A stretch of 64,000 bases of DNA from Octopus vulgaris (taxonomy: Eukaryota): NCBI GenBank assembly GCA_951406725.2, contig OX597826.1:11098001-11162000 (forward strand). Reading direction: 5' to 3'. The first letter of the stretch is position 1, and each line of letters opens with the position of its first letter. A program made the translations under genes and the position numbers. The notes below the pieces were generated by a model. The model worked only from the letters and a program-made list of their open reading frames with translations, had not been told where the DNA came from and did not search any database. This document shows positions 40,900-54,836 of this stretch, in pieces.

Positions 40900-41260
40900 A
40901 AAGAGTTAATGGTATTGTATTTAATATAGGATTCAAACTGTCTATACCATTCACAATGAATAATCAATATCTTTCTTCATTTACTAAAACCAAATCCTTC
41001 AAAAACTTTGTGGTTCGAATTTCCATCCAGTGTTCTTCAATTCTTAGCTTTAAATAAATGCTCAATGTCTGCAATTCCAGTTCTGTAGAACTCATGACAA
41101 AGATAGTCATAAAAGAAAAAAAACCCAATAGAGAGTAAGAACAAGGCTTTTTGGTATTTAAAAGTTCAGTCCATCTCTACCCAAACAAATATCTTGGAAA
41201 CTGTGTATGACTATCTTCAGATAACTCCTGAACTATTGACAAATGAAAACTCTTAATGCC
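40900..41260 (-). mobile_element. decayed Tc1/mariner (DD41D-like) transposase C-terminus
   Basis: FPRYLFG..LGFF..YLCHEFYRTGIADIEHL..LRIEE resembles FPGRWIG..LDFFLWGYLK.KVY.T.I.DIEHLK.RIEE. Confidence 0.5.
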
Positions 41261-41332
41261 GCCTGAATTTAGATACTTCTCAATAGAGAGCAACCGTTAT
41301 AAATAGTTTTACTTTTATATAGTTTCACTATG

Positions 41333-41494
<162 letters not shown>

Positions 41495-41531
41495 ATCTAT
41501 ATAGGTATATATAAATATGTATATATACATG

Positions 41532-41578
<47 letters not shown>

Positions 41579-41604
41579 TATTAAAAAGCAGCGAAAATAT
41601 CACA

Positions 41605-41650
41605 AAAACTGTTACTCAGAGTTTCACATTTCCGTCGGTTGGACAGTTTT
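41605..41650 (-). ncRNA. decayed hammerhead ribozyme in a (TA)n-adjacent insert (about 41580-42000)
   Basis: 8-bp stem I AAAACTGT/ACAGTTTT and GAAA-CTCTGAG-TA are intact; the CUGANGA box is mutated (CCAACCGA). Confidence 0.6.
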
Positions 41651-42109
41651 GTTTAGAATGGAGCGAAAATAAGGTAACAAGCAAACATATACAACAATTA
41701 GTTTCATAGATACACATTAGAAAATGGTTTTGTTTCATTGGTCCTTTCAACAAACGGTCTTTACTATGACCGGTTGCATGCAATGAACAAAATTCGGTAT
41801 AAAATCTTGTAATTATAAAATCGAAGGAAACCTTAAATCAAAAATAGCTTATAAAGAAGGACAGAGCCTAAATACGGAGGGTAAGTAATCATTTGTAAAA
41901 TATTAATCAATTAATACATTAAAGTTATATCCGTTTAAAGAAAATTCACGTTGGATTACATATACATTTAGCAGTATATTCACAAACCAAACCATCTATA
42001 ATATAGATATATACACAAAAAACATATAGATGCATGTACATAGCTACATACATATACAGACATATATAGGCAAGACATAAGAATATACACAAATGCATAT
42101 CATATATAA

Positions 42110-42189
<80 letters not shown>

Positions 42190-42194
42190 TATAT

Positions 42195-42234
<40 letters not shown>

Positions 42235-42309
42235 GCATATTGTATATATGTATATACATATATATTAACATATGTATATATAGTTGTCTGTATATGTATA
42301 TATATATAC

Positions 42310-42383
<74 letters not shown>

Positions 42384-42396
42384 GTATATATCTATA

Positions 42397-42697
42397 CAGC
42401 TCTTCAATGGGTTCCCACAAAAATTAAGAAATTTGCATAAGATGGAAGTAAATGTCTTCAAAAAGGAACTAGAGATCCTCCTCTCCATAAATCCGGATCA
42501 ACCAACACCCTGACATGAGGTACAGACGAGGGCAGCGGAATCAATCTCCCTTATACACCAAATGTACCAATAGCTGGGACAAAGACACATACAAGAATGG
42601 TGACGCGAAACACCCAGACTGAGGAAGTCAGAGACCATGGTGTTGCTCCAGCATGACCATGGCCGCGTGGCTGAAACGAGTAAAAGAGTATAAAAGA
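42397..42697 (+). mobile_element. 3' end of a CR1/L2-type LINE
   Basis: [36 protein letters not shown] matches the ORF2 C-terminal LFN.LP..LR....FK..LD..L..IPD.P motif; ends in a stem-loop plus GTAAAAGA repeats. Confidence 0.8.
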
Positions 42698-42724
42698 TAT
42701 ATATATATATATATATATATACAT

Positions 42725-42776
<52 letters not shown>

Positions 42777-43071
42777 ATATATACATATGTATAAAAAATA
42801 TATATAAAAATACAAAATGGGACAAGAACGCAAAACACTCAATGAGACGACACAAAAAACAGACGGGTCATTCGAAGTCTCTAATCTTCAGTTAAGAACC
42901 GGATTATCCTCGCAATTTTGGCTGATTAATCTTGAGATCGCTCCGATCCGGCCAGCCCCAAGGAAAAACTAAGCTACGAGCATTAGATTTATTGGAAAAA
43001 GGTCGAATGTATACGAAACAAGGACAGAAAAACGGACGATGCCACACGAATATAAATATATATATGCATAC

Positions 43072-43157
<86 letters not shown>

Positions 43158-43158
<1 letters not shown>

Positions 43159-43450
43159 TATAGCCTCAGGCTGACAAAAGCCTTGTGAGTGGATTTCGTA
43201 GACAGAAACTGAAAGAAGACTGTTGAACCTGTGTGTATAATTGTGTGTGTATGTGTGTGTGTGTGTGTTTGTACCCCCACCATCGCTTGACAACTGATGT
43301 TGCTGCGTTTACGTCTCCGTAACCTAGTGGTTCGGGAAAATACACCGATAAAATAAGTAATAGGCTTACAAAGAAGAAATCTTGAGAACGATTTGTTCGA
43401 CTAAAGGTGGTGCTCCAGCATAGCTGCAGTCACATAAATGAAACAAGTAA
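43158..43450 (+). mobile_element. 5'-truncated SINE B
   Basis: CTATAGCCTCAGGCTGACAAAAGCCTTGTGAGTGG..GGTGCTCCAGCAT..GAAACAAGTAAA. Confidence 0.85.
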
Positions 43451-43467
43451 AAAAAAAAAAACAATGC

Positions 43468-43504
43468 CATTTTAATACCGAGCAACGCCGGGTATCTCTG
43501 CTAG
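43468..43504 (+). mobile_element. isolated Helitron 3' terminus
   Basis: CATTTTAATACCGAGCAACGCCGGGTATCTCTGCTAG|T, matching the 3' end of the 9021 Helitron. Confidence 0.7.
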
Positions 43505-43580
43505 TTTTTGTTTGATAAAAAATTAATGAATATTTCACGTGTTCTCTTTTTTATAAATGTATACCTGCTTTTGCACCTCC

Positions 43581-43714
<134 letters not shown>

Positions 43715-43794
43715 AGATAATGTTGTCATTGAGACCCAAAAGTGTCAGGTAATGCTGAATAGGTGCTATAGACAGAACTTAACTATGGTCTGTC

Positions 43795-43828
<34 letters not shown>

Positions 43829-43829
<1 letters not shown>

Positions 43830-44078
43830 TATTGTGTTTCGGGAGTCATTCTCTTTTACCGCCTTATTAATGTAACAAACTCACCGGCGGTCTGTTTTCC
43901 ATTCATTTGCTCATTTATATACCAAAAATAAATAAATAAGTAAATGAGTGCAAATCAGACCGGCGAGTGTGTTAAATTAATAAGGTACTATAAGAGAATG
44001 ACTCTCCCCAGACACAATAAAATATGCTTCAACACACGAATTCACATAAAGAATCTTGCAAACCAAATACAAAAACGA
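43829..44078 (+). mobile_element. PLE-type fold-back insertion
   Basis: Arms at 43829-43917 and 43941-44020 plus a 58-nt tail; a 40-bp piece of the same family lies at 8951-8990. Confidence 0.7.
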
Positions 44079-44181
44079 TATATATATATATTTGTATATC
44101 AATCCCAAGCTGTTATATTCTAATTTGTTTATCTGCATAATTGCCCCTATACATACATACATACATATATACATACATACA

Positions 44182-44261
<80 letters not shown>

Positions 44262-44329
44262 TATACATACATACATACATACATACATACATACATACAT
44301 ACATACATACATACATACATACATACATA

Positions 44330-44710
44330 AAGCACCTGCATTGTTAGAAATAGGAGTCAAAACAACTCTTAGCTTCATGGGAGCACTTTGCTAAAGGCTG
44401 ACAAGGGAGACAGGCACACTTCCTACGACAAGTGAGATGGAGTCATATCAACGCTAATTTCAGATTTAATAAATCTTCATCAGTGATCCATTAATCCGTC
44501 GCCGAGGGTTAATGAACTTAAGTCACCTTGTCAGCCTTATATAGAACACCATTGTCAACCGTTAAAAAAGTGTTCTCACTTAGCTAAGAGTTGTTTTGAC
44601 TCTCATTTCTAGCAATGCTGGTGCTTACTAACGCCCTACCTCACTTTAATGACAAGTGTACTTGTTGCCTATCGATTCTAAATTGCGAATATTCACCTTA
44701 ATGATTTATA
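44330..44710. mobile_element. PLE-type fold-back insertion with an HHR core in the loop
   Basis: AAGCACCTGCATTGTTAGAAATAGGAGTCAAAACAACTCTTAGCT is inverted at 44582-44626; ATCA-CTGATGA-AGATTT att AAATCT-GAAA at 44447-44487(-); related tail at 27520-27637. Confidence 0.7.
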
Positions 44711-44809
44711 ATTCTCACTTCACCATTTTCGGAATCAGTCGAGGTTTCCTATGGTAATCCCTATGGTAATCTCTACAGAGGAAATTGTTTTTGGTAGTGG
44801 TATTGGCTA

Positions 44810-45005
44810 TTTCCGGTTTAATTTCAGATTTAATTTCAGATTTAGAATTCTTCTAAAGCCTTCATTTTATTCGCTGATAGTTGATAATTTTCTACCTTTA
44901 GTTTTTAAACAGGAAATATTTTGAATTGTTGCACTTGCACAAATGACTAAATATTCGCTGCTGAGAACAATTCTGTCAGATGACTGTTTGATTTGTTGAT
45001 TATGT
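44810..45005 (-). pseudogene. relic C-terminus of a Penelope-like GIY-YIG endonuclease
   Basis: HNQQIKQSSDRIVLSSEYLVICA / QFKIFPV*KLK / KLNRK* resembles PLE C-termini (H.QQI....R...SEH...C..FKIFP..K..LN); frameshifted. Confidence 0.55.
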
Positions 45006-45578
45006 CCCCCACCAGTCACACATAGCGTAACAGTTAGACAATGCTTTGCTGATAAGGTCCAATAAGACAGAAAAAATGTCTGGAATTGTTATTGTACTGC
45101 CAAAGATAGGACTTATTCTTCACTGCATTTTATGTTTAATTTATTTTAATTGATCGCTTTTCTGACTTTTGTTTTACAGAACTAATTATTTAGACAATGA
45201 AATTTTTTCTTTAATTTCAAGAAAGCACAATTTCTTCAATCTCACTACATCCAGTTTGTTTGCGCTCACTATGAACATGTTACCTATATTGAATAATATA
45301 ATGATAAATACACGTATAGCAATCTGCGTATATATGACTATATTAAACATTGGTTCTTATCTCTCTTTTAAAGAAAGTAGAATCAGATTGGTGGGAGAGT
45401 CAGCTACCTCATATTTCCTGTCCATTTACTTGTCCAAAGCATTTTCGCAAGTTTGTCTTAACCATACTTTCCTAAGTCCCAAGTTATTCGGGTGGTTGAA
45501 AAAAATTGGGAATGAGCATTGTATATGATGCATGGAGACTTAGAAGATATGTTCTCTGTATCACATGCAGTAGATAGG

Positions 45579-45964
45579 GGATGGAAGCACTCCGTCGGTT
45601 ACGACGACGAGGGTTCCGGTTGATCCGAATCAACGGAACAGCCTGCTCGTGAAATTAACGTGTAAGTGGCTGAGCACTCCACAGACACGTGCACCCTTAA
45701 AGTAGTTCTCGGGGATATTCAGCGTGACATAGAGAGTGACAAGGCCGGCCCTTTGAAATACAGGTACAACAGAAACAGGAAGTAAGAGAGAAAGTTGCGG
45801 TGAAAGAGTACAGCAGGGATCACCACCATCCCCTGCCGGAGCCTCGTGAAGCTTTTTGGTGTTTTCGCTCAATAAACACTCACAACGCCCGGTCTGGGAA
45901 TCGAAACCGCGATCCTATGACCACGAGTCCGCTGCCCTAACCACTGGGCCATTGCGCCTCCACA
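45579..45964 (-). mobile_element. SINE C, full length with an 11-bp TSD
   Basis: CAGTAGATAGG at 45568-45578 and 45965-45975; tRNA-like head GTGGAGGCGCAATGGCCCAGTGGTTAGG. Confidence 0.93.
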
Positions 45965-46111
45965 CAGTAGATAGGACAGGCAAGGCGGTAAACATTCCAT
46001 TCTTAATATGTAATTTAGTTCTTGGTAAATGCTTATCGATAAACTTCGATGTTTACTGAAAAACTGCATAAAGAAGGAACTCAAAGTTTCGTTAGGTACC
46101 AATAACTCTGT

Positions 46112-46191
<80 letters not shown>

Positions 46192-46198
46192 CCTATCA

Positions 46199-46248
<50 letters not shown>

Positions 46249-46511
46249 CCAATTTCATACACTTCCTTTATTTGATATTATGACTGTTGTGAATGATTAT
46301 TGGAATAACTGGAATAACGTTGCAACAGCCATTACTGCCAGGACACATGCCCATACAGAGACACATACATATATGCATACACATATACATACATCGATTC
46401 ATACATACACACATATGTATACATATGCTAACTGACACAAATAACCACCACGCCTGTATACATACACACTTCCATCCACCCAACCATCCATCCATCCATC
46501 CATCCATCCAT

Positions 46512-46554
<43 letters not shown>

Positions 46555-46773
46555 GTTATATGCATAAATATATTTTTTACATATGTATGTTCGTATACAT
46601 GTACATACACATATATATGGCGAGAAAATCTTCAAGTGTCATAAATATTTCACTTTGAATATGTGTTAGGTATATATGTGGCTGCACGATGTGGGTTCGT
46701 GATTACGTGTGTATGTGTGTGTTTGTGTGTGTTTGTCACCACGTGTGTGTATGTTTATAAATATCTTTGATAG

Positions 46774-46811
<38 letters not shown>

Positions 46812-46924
46812 AGCATAACATACATATACATACACACACACACACATATATATACATACATACACACACACATATATATATATATATATGTATGTATACA
46901 GGTATGCGTATATCTGCATCTGTC

Positions 46925-46994
<70 letters not shown>

Positions 46995-47918
46995 GTATGT
47001 ATTGTAGTTCTCTGTAGTGTTGATTATATTGGACGTATTGTTGTTGTTGTTGTTATTATTATCGACAGTATTGGGAGAAAAGAAAGAAGCAAAGAAAAAA
47101 GGAAAGAAAGAAAGGAAGGAAGAAGGAAGGAAAGAAAGAGTGTCACGGACACGGTATGGTTTTTAACACTTCTAATACAATTTTTAAAGCAATTTTATAC
47201 ATTTTGTTTTTATTTCTTTTCATGAAAAATGAATGAATAAACATAACGAAATATAATGAAAAATAGAAGGAAATCGAAGGAGAGAATGAAATGAAAGAAC
47301 AAAACAAGAAAATTAAAATAGAAATAAAAACATAAACTGTAAAATTAAAGAAGACGTGAAGACAAGAGACATGAATCACTTAATAATAAACGAGCGTTGA
47401 ATTAATTTTGAAACAAAGTTCAACAATATCACATTCAAAAATGGCTGCTCTCAAGAGTAAAATACAAAAGACAAAAACGCAAAAACAACTGCAAAACAGC
47501 TAAAACAAAAATAACAAAATGTCGTTTTTAGAATGATATAAACATCAAACTATGCTAGATGTAACTGGACTAAATTAATGGACATTATTTCATCTGAAAT
47601 TTATTGCTATTTGAAACACAGAGTAAGATTTTTCAAAAATCTTTTAGAATAGAGAGAAATAAATGAATAATTGCCTTTAATTTCATAATTTGTTTCATTT
47701 TTGAATTTTATATTATTGTATATTTATACTTCGCTATATTTTTGCTGTTGTTGTTTTCCTTTTTTTTTGTTTCCTGCCTGTTATATATGTCATTATATCT
47801 TATTATATGACATTATATTCTATAAATTTTGGTAATTTGAAATTATAAGTTTTCTTCTATTAACTTCTTTCTCTCTTTAGCTCCTTTATTATTATTAACC
47901 TTATTATTATCGTCATCG

Positions 47919-47956
<38 letters not shown>

Positions 47957-47957
47957 G

Positions 47958-48025
<68 letters not shown>

Positions 48026-48183
48026 GTCATCATCATCATCATCATCATCATTATTTCCATTATTACTACTGAATATTTTTCGCATATTTTCCGATGAGTG
48101 TTGTGTATCCGTGTGTATGCGTGTATGTTTGTATGTATGAATGTATGTATGTACGTATGTATGCATGCATGTACACATGTATG

Positions 48184-48215
<32 letters not shown>

Positions 48216-48301
48216 CATACATATGAGTGTACTTATTTACATATATAAATACTTCTATATTTGAGTATATATATACATATATATATATTTATATATATAT
48301 G

Positions 48302-48359
<58 letters not shown>

Positions 48360-48535
48360 CAAGTATGTATATATATATATGTCTTTACCATATATATATA
48401 CATGTAAGATGCTTTGATTTCCTGTCAAGCATGTTTTTTATGTCACCACATAACTAGCTTTTTTTTTATTTTAACGCAAGATTTAATAGGGGAGATTGAA
48501 GTATATACATTACGGATATATGTATATACATACAT

Positions 48536-48605
<70 letters not shown>

Positions 48606-48659
48606 CTGTATATGAATCAATATATCTCTGTGTGTATATATTTGTGTGTAGATTTGAAT

Positions 48660-48713
<54 letters not shown>

Positions 48714-49214
48714 GTTCATGAAATATGTATAAAAATATATACATACACATACACTTGCATATATACATACACACACATATGCAAGTGCGTGTGTATGTAT
48801 ATTTTCAACTATACATATATATATACTTGCCAGTATGTGTACATACATACATACATACATACGTATATATGCATATGTATATGTGTGTAAGTATACATGT
48901 ATATATATATATGTGCGCCTATCTGTACCTGCACCGATGTATGCATGAATGTATGTTTGAATGTGTGTATGTATCAGCACTTGTATGCTGTATCTGTGTA
49001 TGTGTGCGTGCGTGCGCGTTTTGTGTATATGCACGTGTACATATTCGAAGACAAATTTGCATTGATTGATAGAAATCGAACTTTTTATTCACTACAGTGC
49101 AGATTTTCCGCCTGTCTCTCCTCCAGCCCGAAGGTTTTTTTTAAAAATCATGTTTTTTTCCTCTTGTTTTATGTACTTTTTTTTATGTTTTCGTTTACAA
49201 TAAGAAACACTACA

Positions 49215-49235
49215 ATAACAACAATAACAATAACA

Positions 49236-49276
<41 letters not shown>

Positions 49277-49283
49277 CACCACC

Positions 49284-49339
<56 letters not shown>

Positions 49340-49397
49340 AACTACCATTACTACTACTACTACTACTACCACCACCACCACCACCACCACCACCACC

Positions 49398-49456
<59 letters not shown>

Positions 49457-49490
49457 CACCACCACCACCACCACCACCACCACCACCACC

Positions 49491-49539
<49 letters not shown>

Positions 49540-50065
49540 TGTTATCAGGATTATGACGATGACCATTATGATGGTGATTATGGTGATTATGATGATGACT
49601 CTCATTATCATGGCTATTATCGTCATTATCATCGTCGTTGCCGTCGTCCACATCACCATATTATCTTCATCATCATCGTCTTCATCGTCATCGGATTCAT
49701 CATGGTCATCATCATCATCATCGTTGTTGTCGTCATCTTTGCTTTCACTATTTTCCTATCATCACCATCGTGATCGTCCTCCTCGTCCTCCCCTTCTTCC
49801 TCGTCCTCCCCATCATCATCGCCATCCTCATCGTCGTCGTCGTCATCATCATCATCATCATCATCGTCGTCGTCATCATCATCATCATCATCATCATCAG
49901 CATCATCATCATCGTCATCATCATCATCATCGTCGTCGTCGTCGTCATCATCATCGTCATCATCATCATCATCAGTGTCACTGTCGTCGACTTGATCGTC
50001 GACTTGATCGTCGTCGTCATCGTCGTCGTTGTCGTCATCATCATCATCATCATCACCATCATCGC
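49215..50065. repeat. compound trinucleotide region: alternating (ACT)n/(ACC)n blocks, then (CAT/CGT)n
   Basis: Directly visible. Confidence 0.95.
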
Positions 50066-50201
50066 GTGATTTGTTTTCGAATGTCCTGAGATTGATTTAT
50101 GAGTTGAAAATTATATTTTAGCCGCAGCTCTTTTGTCAGAATAATTTAGAGTCACTTATCACCTCCTTTCTTGCTTTCCTTTCTTTTCTTAGTTTTCCAG
50201 G

Positions 50202-50234
<33 letters not shown>

Positions 50235-50746
50235 ATTTTTTTTTTACATTATTTCTATTTTTTTTACTTCTTAAAATATTTTTTTACTTTCTTTTTTGTT
50301 TTGTTTATCATGTCGTTATTGTCGTCACGAAAGACATATGTTAAACTAAACACTAATTTCAATTTAAATGTAGGCAAACAACTACAACAGCAATAACAAC
50401 AACAACAACAACGTCAACAACACTTCCAACAACAATATCCACAACAACAACGACAAGAATACGAACACCAAGAACGATAACAACAATCAAATCTTGCCAA
50501 TGCCCTTTAGCACTATCATCATTAATGCATACCACCACCATCCCCCACCACTACCACACCCACACCACTACCACCCCACAACTACGACCCCCACCACTAT
50601 CACCACCACCACCACTTCCAGTGACACTACCGCCAGCTCCACTATCATTGCTACCGATACTAAATTATACTGATTCGTCTATTATTATTACATCTGTCAT
50701 CACCAACACCACCACCACCGGCACCAGCACCACCACAAGCACCACG

Positions 50747-50811
<65 letters not shown>

Positions 50812-50861
50812 TATCGTCATCGTCATTATCTCTACTAGAAACCATCGCCACATCTATCTCC

Positions 50862-51460
50862 TGTTTCTTTACTACCCACAAGGGGCTAAACACAGAGAGA
50901 ACAAACAAGGACAGACAAACGGATTAAGTCGATTATATCGATCCCAGAGCGTAACTGGTACTTAATTTATCGACCCCGAAAGGATGAAAGGCAAAGTCGA
51001 CCTCGGCGGAATTTGAACTCAGAACGTAGCGGCAGACGAAATACCTATTTCTTTACTACCCACAAGGGGCTAAACACAGAGAGAACAAACAAGGACAGAC
51101 AAACGGATTAAGTCGATTATATCGATCCCAGAGCGTAACTGGTACTTAATTTATCGACCCCGAAAGGATGAAAGGCAAAGTCGACCTCGGCGGAATTTGA
51201 ACTCAGAACGTAGCGGCAGACGAAATACCCATTTCTTTACTACCCACAAGGGACTAAACACAGAGAGAACAAACAAGGACAGACACACGGATTAAGTCGA
51301 TTATATCGAACCCAGTGCGTAACTGGTACTTAATTCATCGACCCCGAAAGGATGAAAGGCAAAGTCGACCTCGGCGGAATTTGAACTCAGAACGTAGCGA
51401 CAGACGAAATACTGCTATGCATTTCGCCCGGCGTGCTAACGTTTCTGCCAGCTCAACGCC
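50862..51460 (-). mobile_element. SINE A trimer
   Basis: Same internal junction as the hexamer (GACGAAATACC|YATTTCTTTACTAC at about 51045 and 51229); CTATCTCC on both flanks. Confidence 0.95.
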
Positions 51461-52055
51461 ACTATCTCCGTTATTATCACTATAATAGCGCCATCTTTAG
51501 TTAACGAAAATATCGCTATGAGGTCAAACGGTCGGCTACAATATGCGGCCAAAACACCCCTGAAATCCTAACGTATCATCTCTTTTTTTTTTGGCTTAGT
51601 CAGAGAAGGCAACACCCAAGCCAACACCCAAGCCATTAAACGTACCCAAGGTTCCTGGTGGCATTTACCCTGGAATACAAAATGATGGGAGTGGATTTGG
51701 TTACATCTTTGATCATAGGTCTGCTCGCTCAGGAGCTGACTTGGAGCTAAGGAAAAGCAACGACGACAACAACAATAACTTTAACTAGATGAATAATATC
51801 TATGGCAAGAAGTAATATGTATCCGCAGTGAAACATGGATGTTTTGTTAGATTAACAAAATATACAGCAATGCAGTTCTATATTCAAGAGATGAGAAATT
51901 ATTTATTTTATTTACATTATTTACAATTGACAGATATTTGTCCTCATCCTGTTTGTTGTTAACACAATGTTTCGGCTGATATTCCCTCCAGCCTTCATCT
52001 GGTGTCTTGGGGAAATTTCGAACTTGGGTTCTCATTCTTAAGGTATTTTTTGATG

Positions 52056-52140
<85 letters not shown>

Positions 52141-52160
52141 CATCATCATCATCATCATCA

Positions 52161-52211
<51 letters not shown>

Positions 52212-52212
<1 letters not shown>

Positions 52213-52276
52213 GGCGTAGTGGTTAAGAGCGCGGGCTACTAACCCCAAGATTCCGAGTTCGATTCCAGGCAGTGAC
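52212..52276 (+). pseudogene. tRNA-derived Pol III head (5' acceptor strand missing)
   Basis: A box TGGCGTAGTGG, anticodon-like GGG-CTACTAA-CCC, B box GAGTTCGATTCC. Confidence 0.8.
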
Positions 52277-52292
52277 CTGAATAATAATAGTG

Positions 52293-52361
<69 letters not shown>

Positions 52362-52438
52362 TAATAATAATAATAATAATAACAATAATAATCGAAAAGT
52401 ACCTTAGGAATGAGAACCTAGGTTCAAAATTTCCCCAA

Positions 52439-52484
52439 GACACCTGATGAAGGCTGGAGGGTATATCAGCCGAAAAGTCGTGTT
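52439..52484 (+). ncRNA. minimal hammerhead ribozyme
   Basis: GACAC-CTGATGA-AGGCTGG agggtata TCAGCC-GAAA-AG-TC-GTGTT; the consensus with the inverted copy gives GAAACGTY. Confidence 0.8.
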
Positions 52485-54049
52485 AACAACAAACAGGATG
52501 AGGACAAATATCCGTCGAATGTAAATAATGTAAAAAATATACAGCAACAGTTACAATGAGAAGAACCTTCATATTGACTTCTGGTGTAAAATTGCTGTTG
52601 CAAGAATTATCTCTACTCGTATAGGACCCTAACCACTAGGTAGGTACATATCCCAAAGCAATCAAAAAGTTTCTATGTAGTCGATTGATAAACTATAAGG
52701 AGCAGTTAAATCTCCCTTAAACTTGACCCTGACAGCTTGAACACAAAGGAAGAAAAAACATAGGAAAGTGTAAGTTATATTAGATCATGTAGTCTTAGAG
52801 ATACAAAAAGACGAGATGATTCTTGTACTGCTTAGGCAACAATAAGCGCATCACATTGTATGGCTATCAACAAACCTTGACGTTTCAAGATTATATCAGA
52901 TCTTATATACAGGCTCAGTCAAGGTGCAGCTCCGTATTTTACTTTGATTTCGATTAGGTTAAAGCAGAAATCTCTTCGTTATTATTATGATGTTGTTGAC
53001 GTTACTGCTGTCGTTCAGTCTCAGGTCGTACTGATCAAACAGATCTAAGATAAAAAGTATTTCAGTCGTGTTTTATATAGCTATGATTTTATTGTCCAAT
53101 GTAACCTTTCTGCTTTAATAACGACTTGGTGCGTCTCAAGCAAAATATTGTACGATGGTAATACTAGGAAATCGTTAAACGTAGATTAGAGAAAGATGAG
53201 GAAATAATATAGCAAGGTAATGAGACATTAATATGATATCAAAATAGTATAATAGACGATTGGTGTCGTGCTGGTTTAAGCTTTAATGTTTAATCTTGTA
53301 GACAGATGTGGTCGCAGAGATAGGTAGCTATTTGGGTAGACACATAGTGAAATAGATAGATAAGAATAGAGATAGACAGATGGATAAAGGAATAGGTAGA
53401 TTGACGGATCGTCAAAAGAGTAGTTGGATAGGTATGTAGAAACATAGATATGTAGTTGCTTGCATAGATTGATAAAGAGATAGATAGATAGAGAGACAGA
53501 TAGATATGTAGATAGATAGATGGGGTAAATGATAGATAGATAGATAGATAGATATGTTGTATAAGATGATTTAGGCTATAATCATATGGACAAAAGAGGT
53601 AACAAACGTAAGCAAATATCGAACATATTGATAGATAGAGAGACAGATTGATGGATGAATTGGTATGGAGAAAGAAAAATAGACATAGACACCTAGATTG
53701 ATTGGCTACTAGGCAAATAACTAAATAGGTAAGTTAGACAGGTAAATACTTAGAAGAATTACGGATGGAGAGGTTGTTACTTCCAGCAGGTTTATCGACT
53801 CCATACGGGCACCTCCGTTGGCTGCATATTATAATATTTAACGTTTAGCCTCGTGATCTTCGTCTAATTGGCTCCAATCATTTTATAGAAATCTGTTTGT
53901 AGTTTACTTAATTATCTATAAATTCGACATTTAAATTTAATTAATTATCGGTTAAATGATGCTTGCACTACTGATTCATGATTACATTTGAAACAAAGCC
54001 AGATGTGTTAATATACAGTGTGTACTCATATGAGAGAGAATGAAAGAGA

Positions 54050-54099
<50 letters not shown>

Positions 54100-54257
54100 G
54101 AGAGGGAGAAAGAGAATAATAAAGTGAGGCAGTTGCGGGATTCGAACACTCGTCTCCTCTTTAGCGATTCAGTGTTATAAGCACTATACAGACACAGACA
54201 TACGATTCTATTAAAACGTTATATATTCGTGTGTGTGTGTCTTTGTGTGCGTGTGCG

Positions 54258-54331
<74 letters not shown>

Positions 54332-54387
54332 TATGTATATGTATATACATGTGTAACTATATATATATATATAATTGTATATATAAG

Positions 54388-54453
<66 letters not shown>

Positions 54454-54628
54454 AATCCATGTATATGCATACACACACATATACATACCTATATATATGT
54501 ATCTCTCTCTCTCTATATATATGTACATATACATACATATGTGTGTGTGTATGCGTGTGTGTATATACACACATACGCATAAACACACACACGAACATGC
54601 ATAGATTTCCAGTTATAAAGTATGGTAC

Positions 54629-54763
<135 letters not shown>

Positions 54764-54802
54764 TATGTATATGTATATATATGTGTGTATGTATATATAT
54801 TT

Positions 54803-54836
<34 letters not shown>

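Larger units (their letters stand above)
51871..52533. mobile_element. tRNA-headed, HHR-bearing element in PLE-type inverted configuration with a 14-bp TSD
   Basis: TSD AAAATATACAGCAA at 51857-51870 and 52534-52547; arms at about 51912-52055 and 52390-52533; tRNA-like head at 52212-52276; HHRs at 51961-52006(-) and 52439-52484(+). Confidence 0.85.

Noticed and set aside
42860-42965. HHR in the 42805-43055 insert
   Set aside because: GGCTG..CAGCC stem and a CTGAAGA are present but not in a consistent core arrangement; possibly a PLE tail, not counted.
45169-45528. 119-aa ORF after an acceptor-like TTTTGTTTTACAG
   Set aside because: No recognisable homology or donor site, and it lies among TE relics.
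48897-50089. Mucin-like poly-Thr and His-rich ORFs
   Set aside because: Pure trinucleotide repeats open in several frames, with no unique domain or supported splice context.
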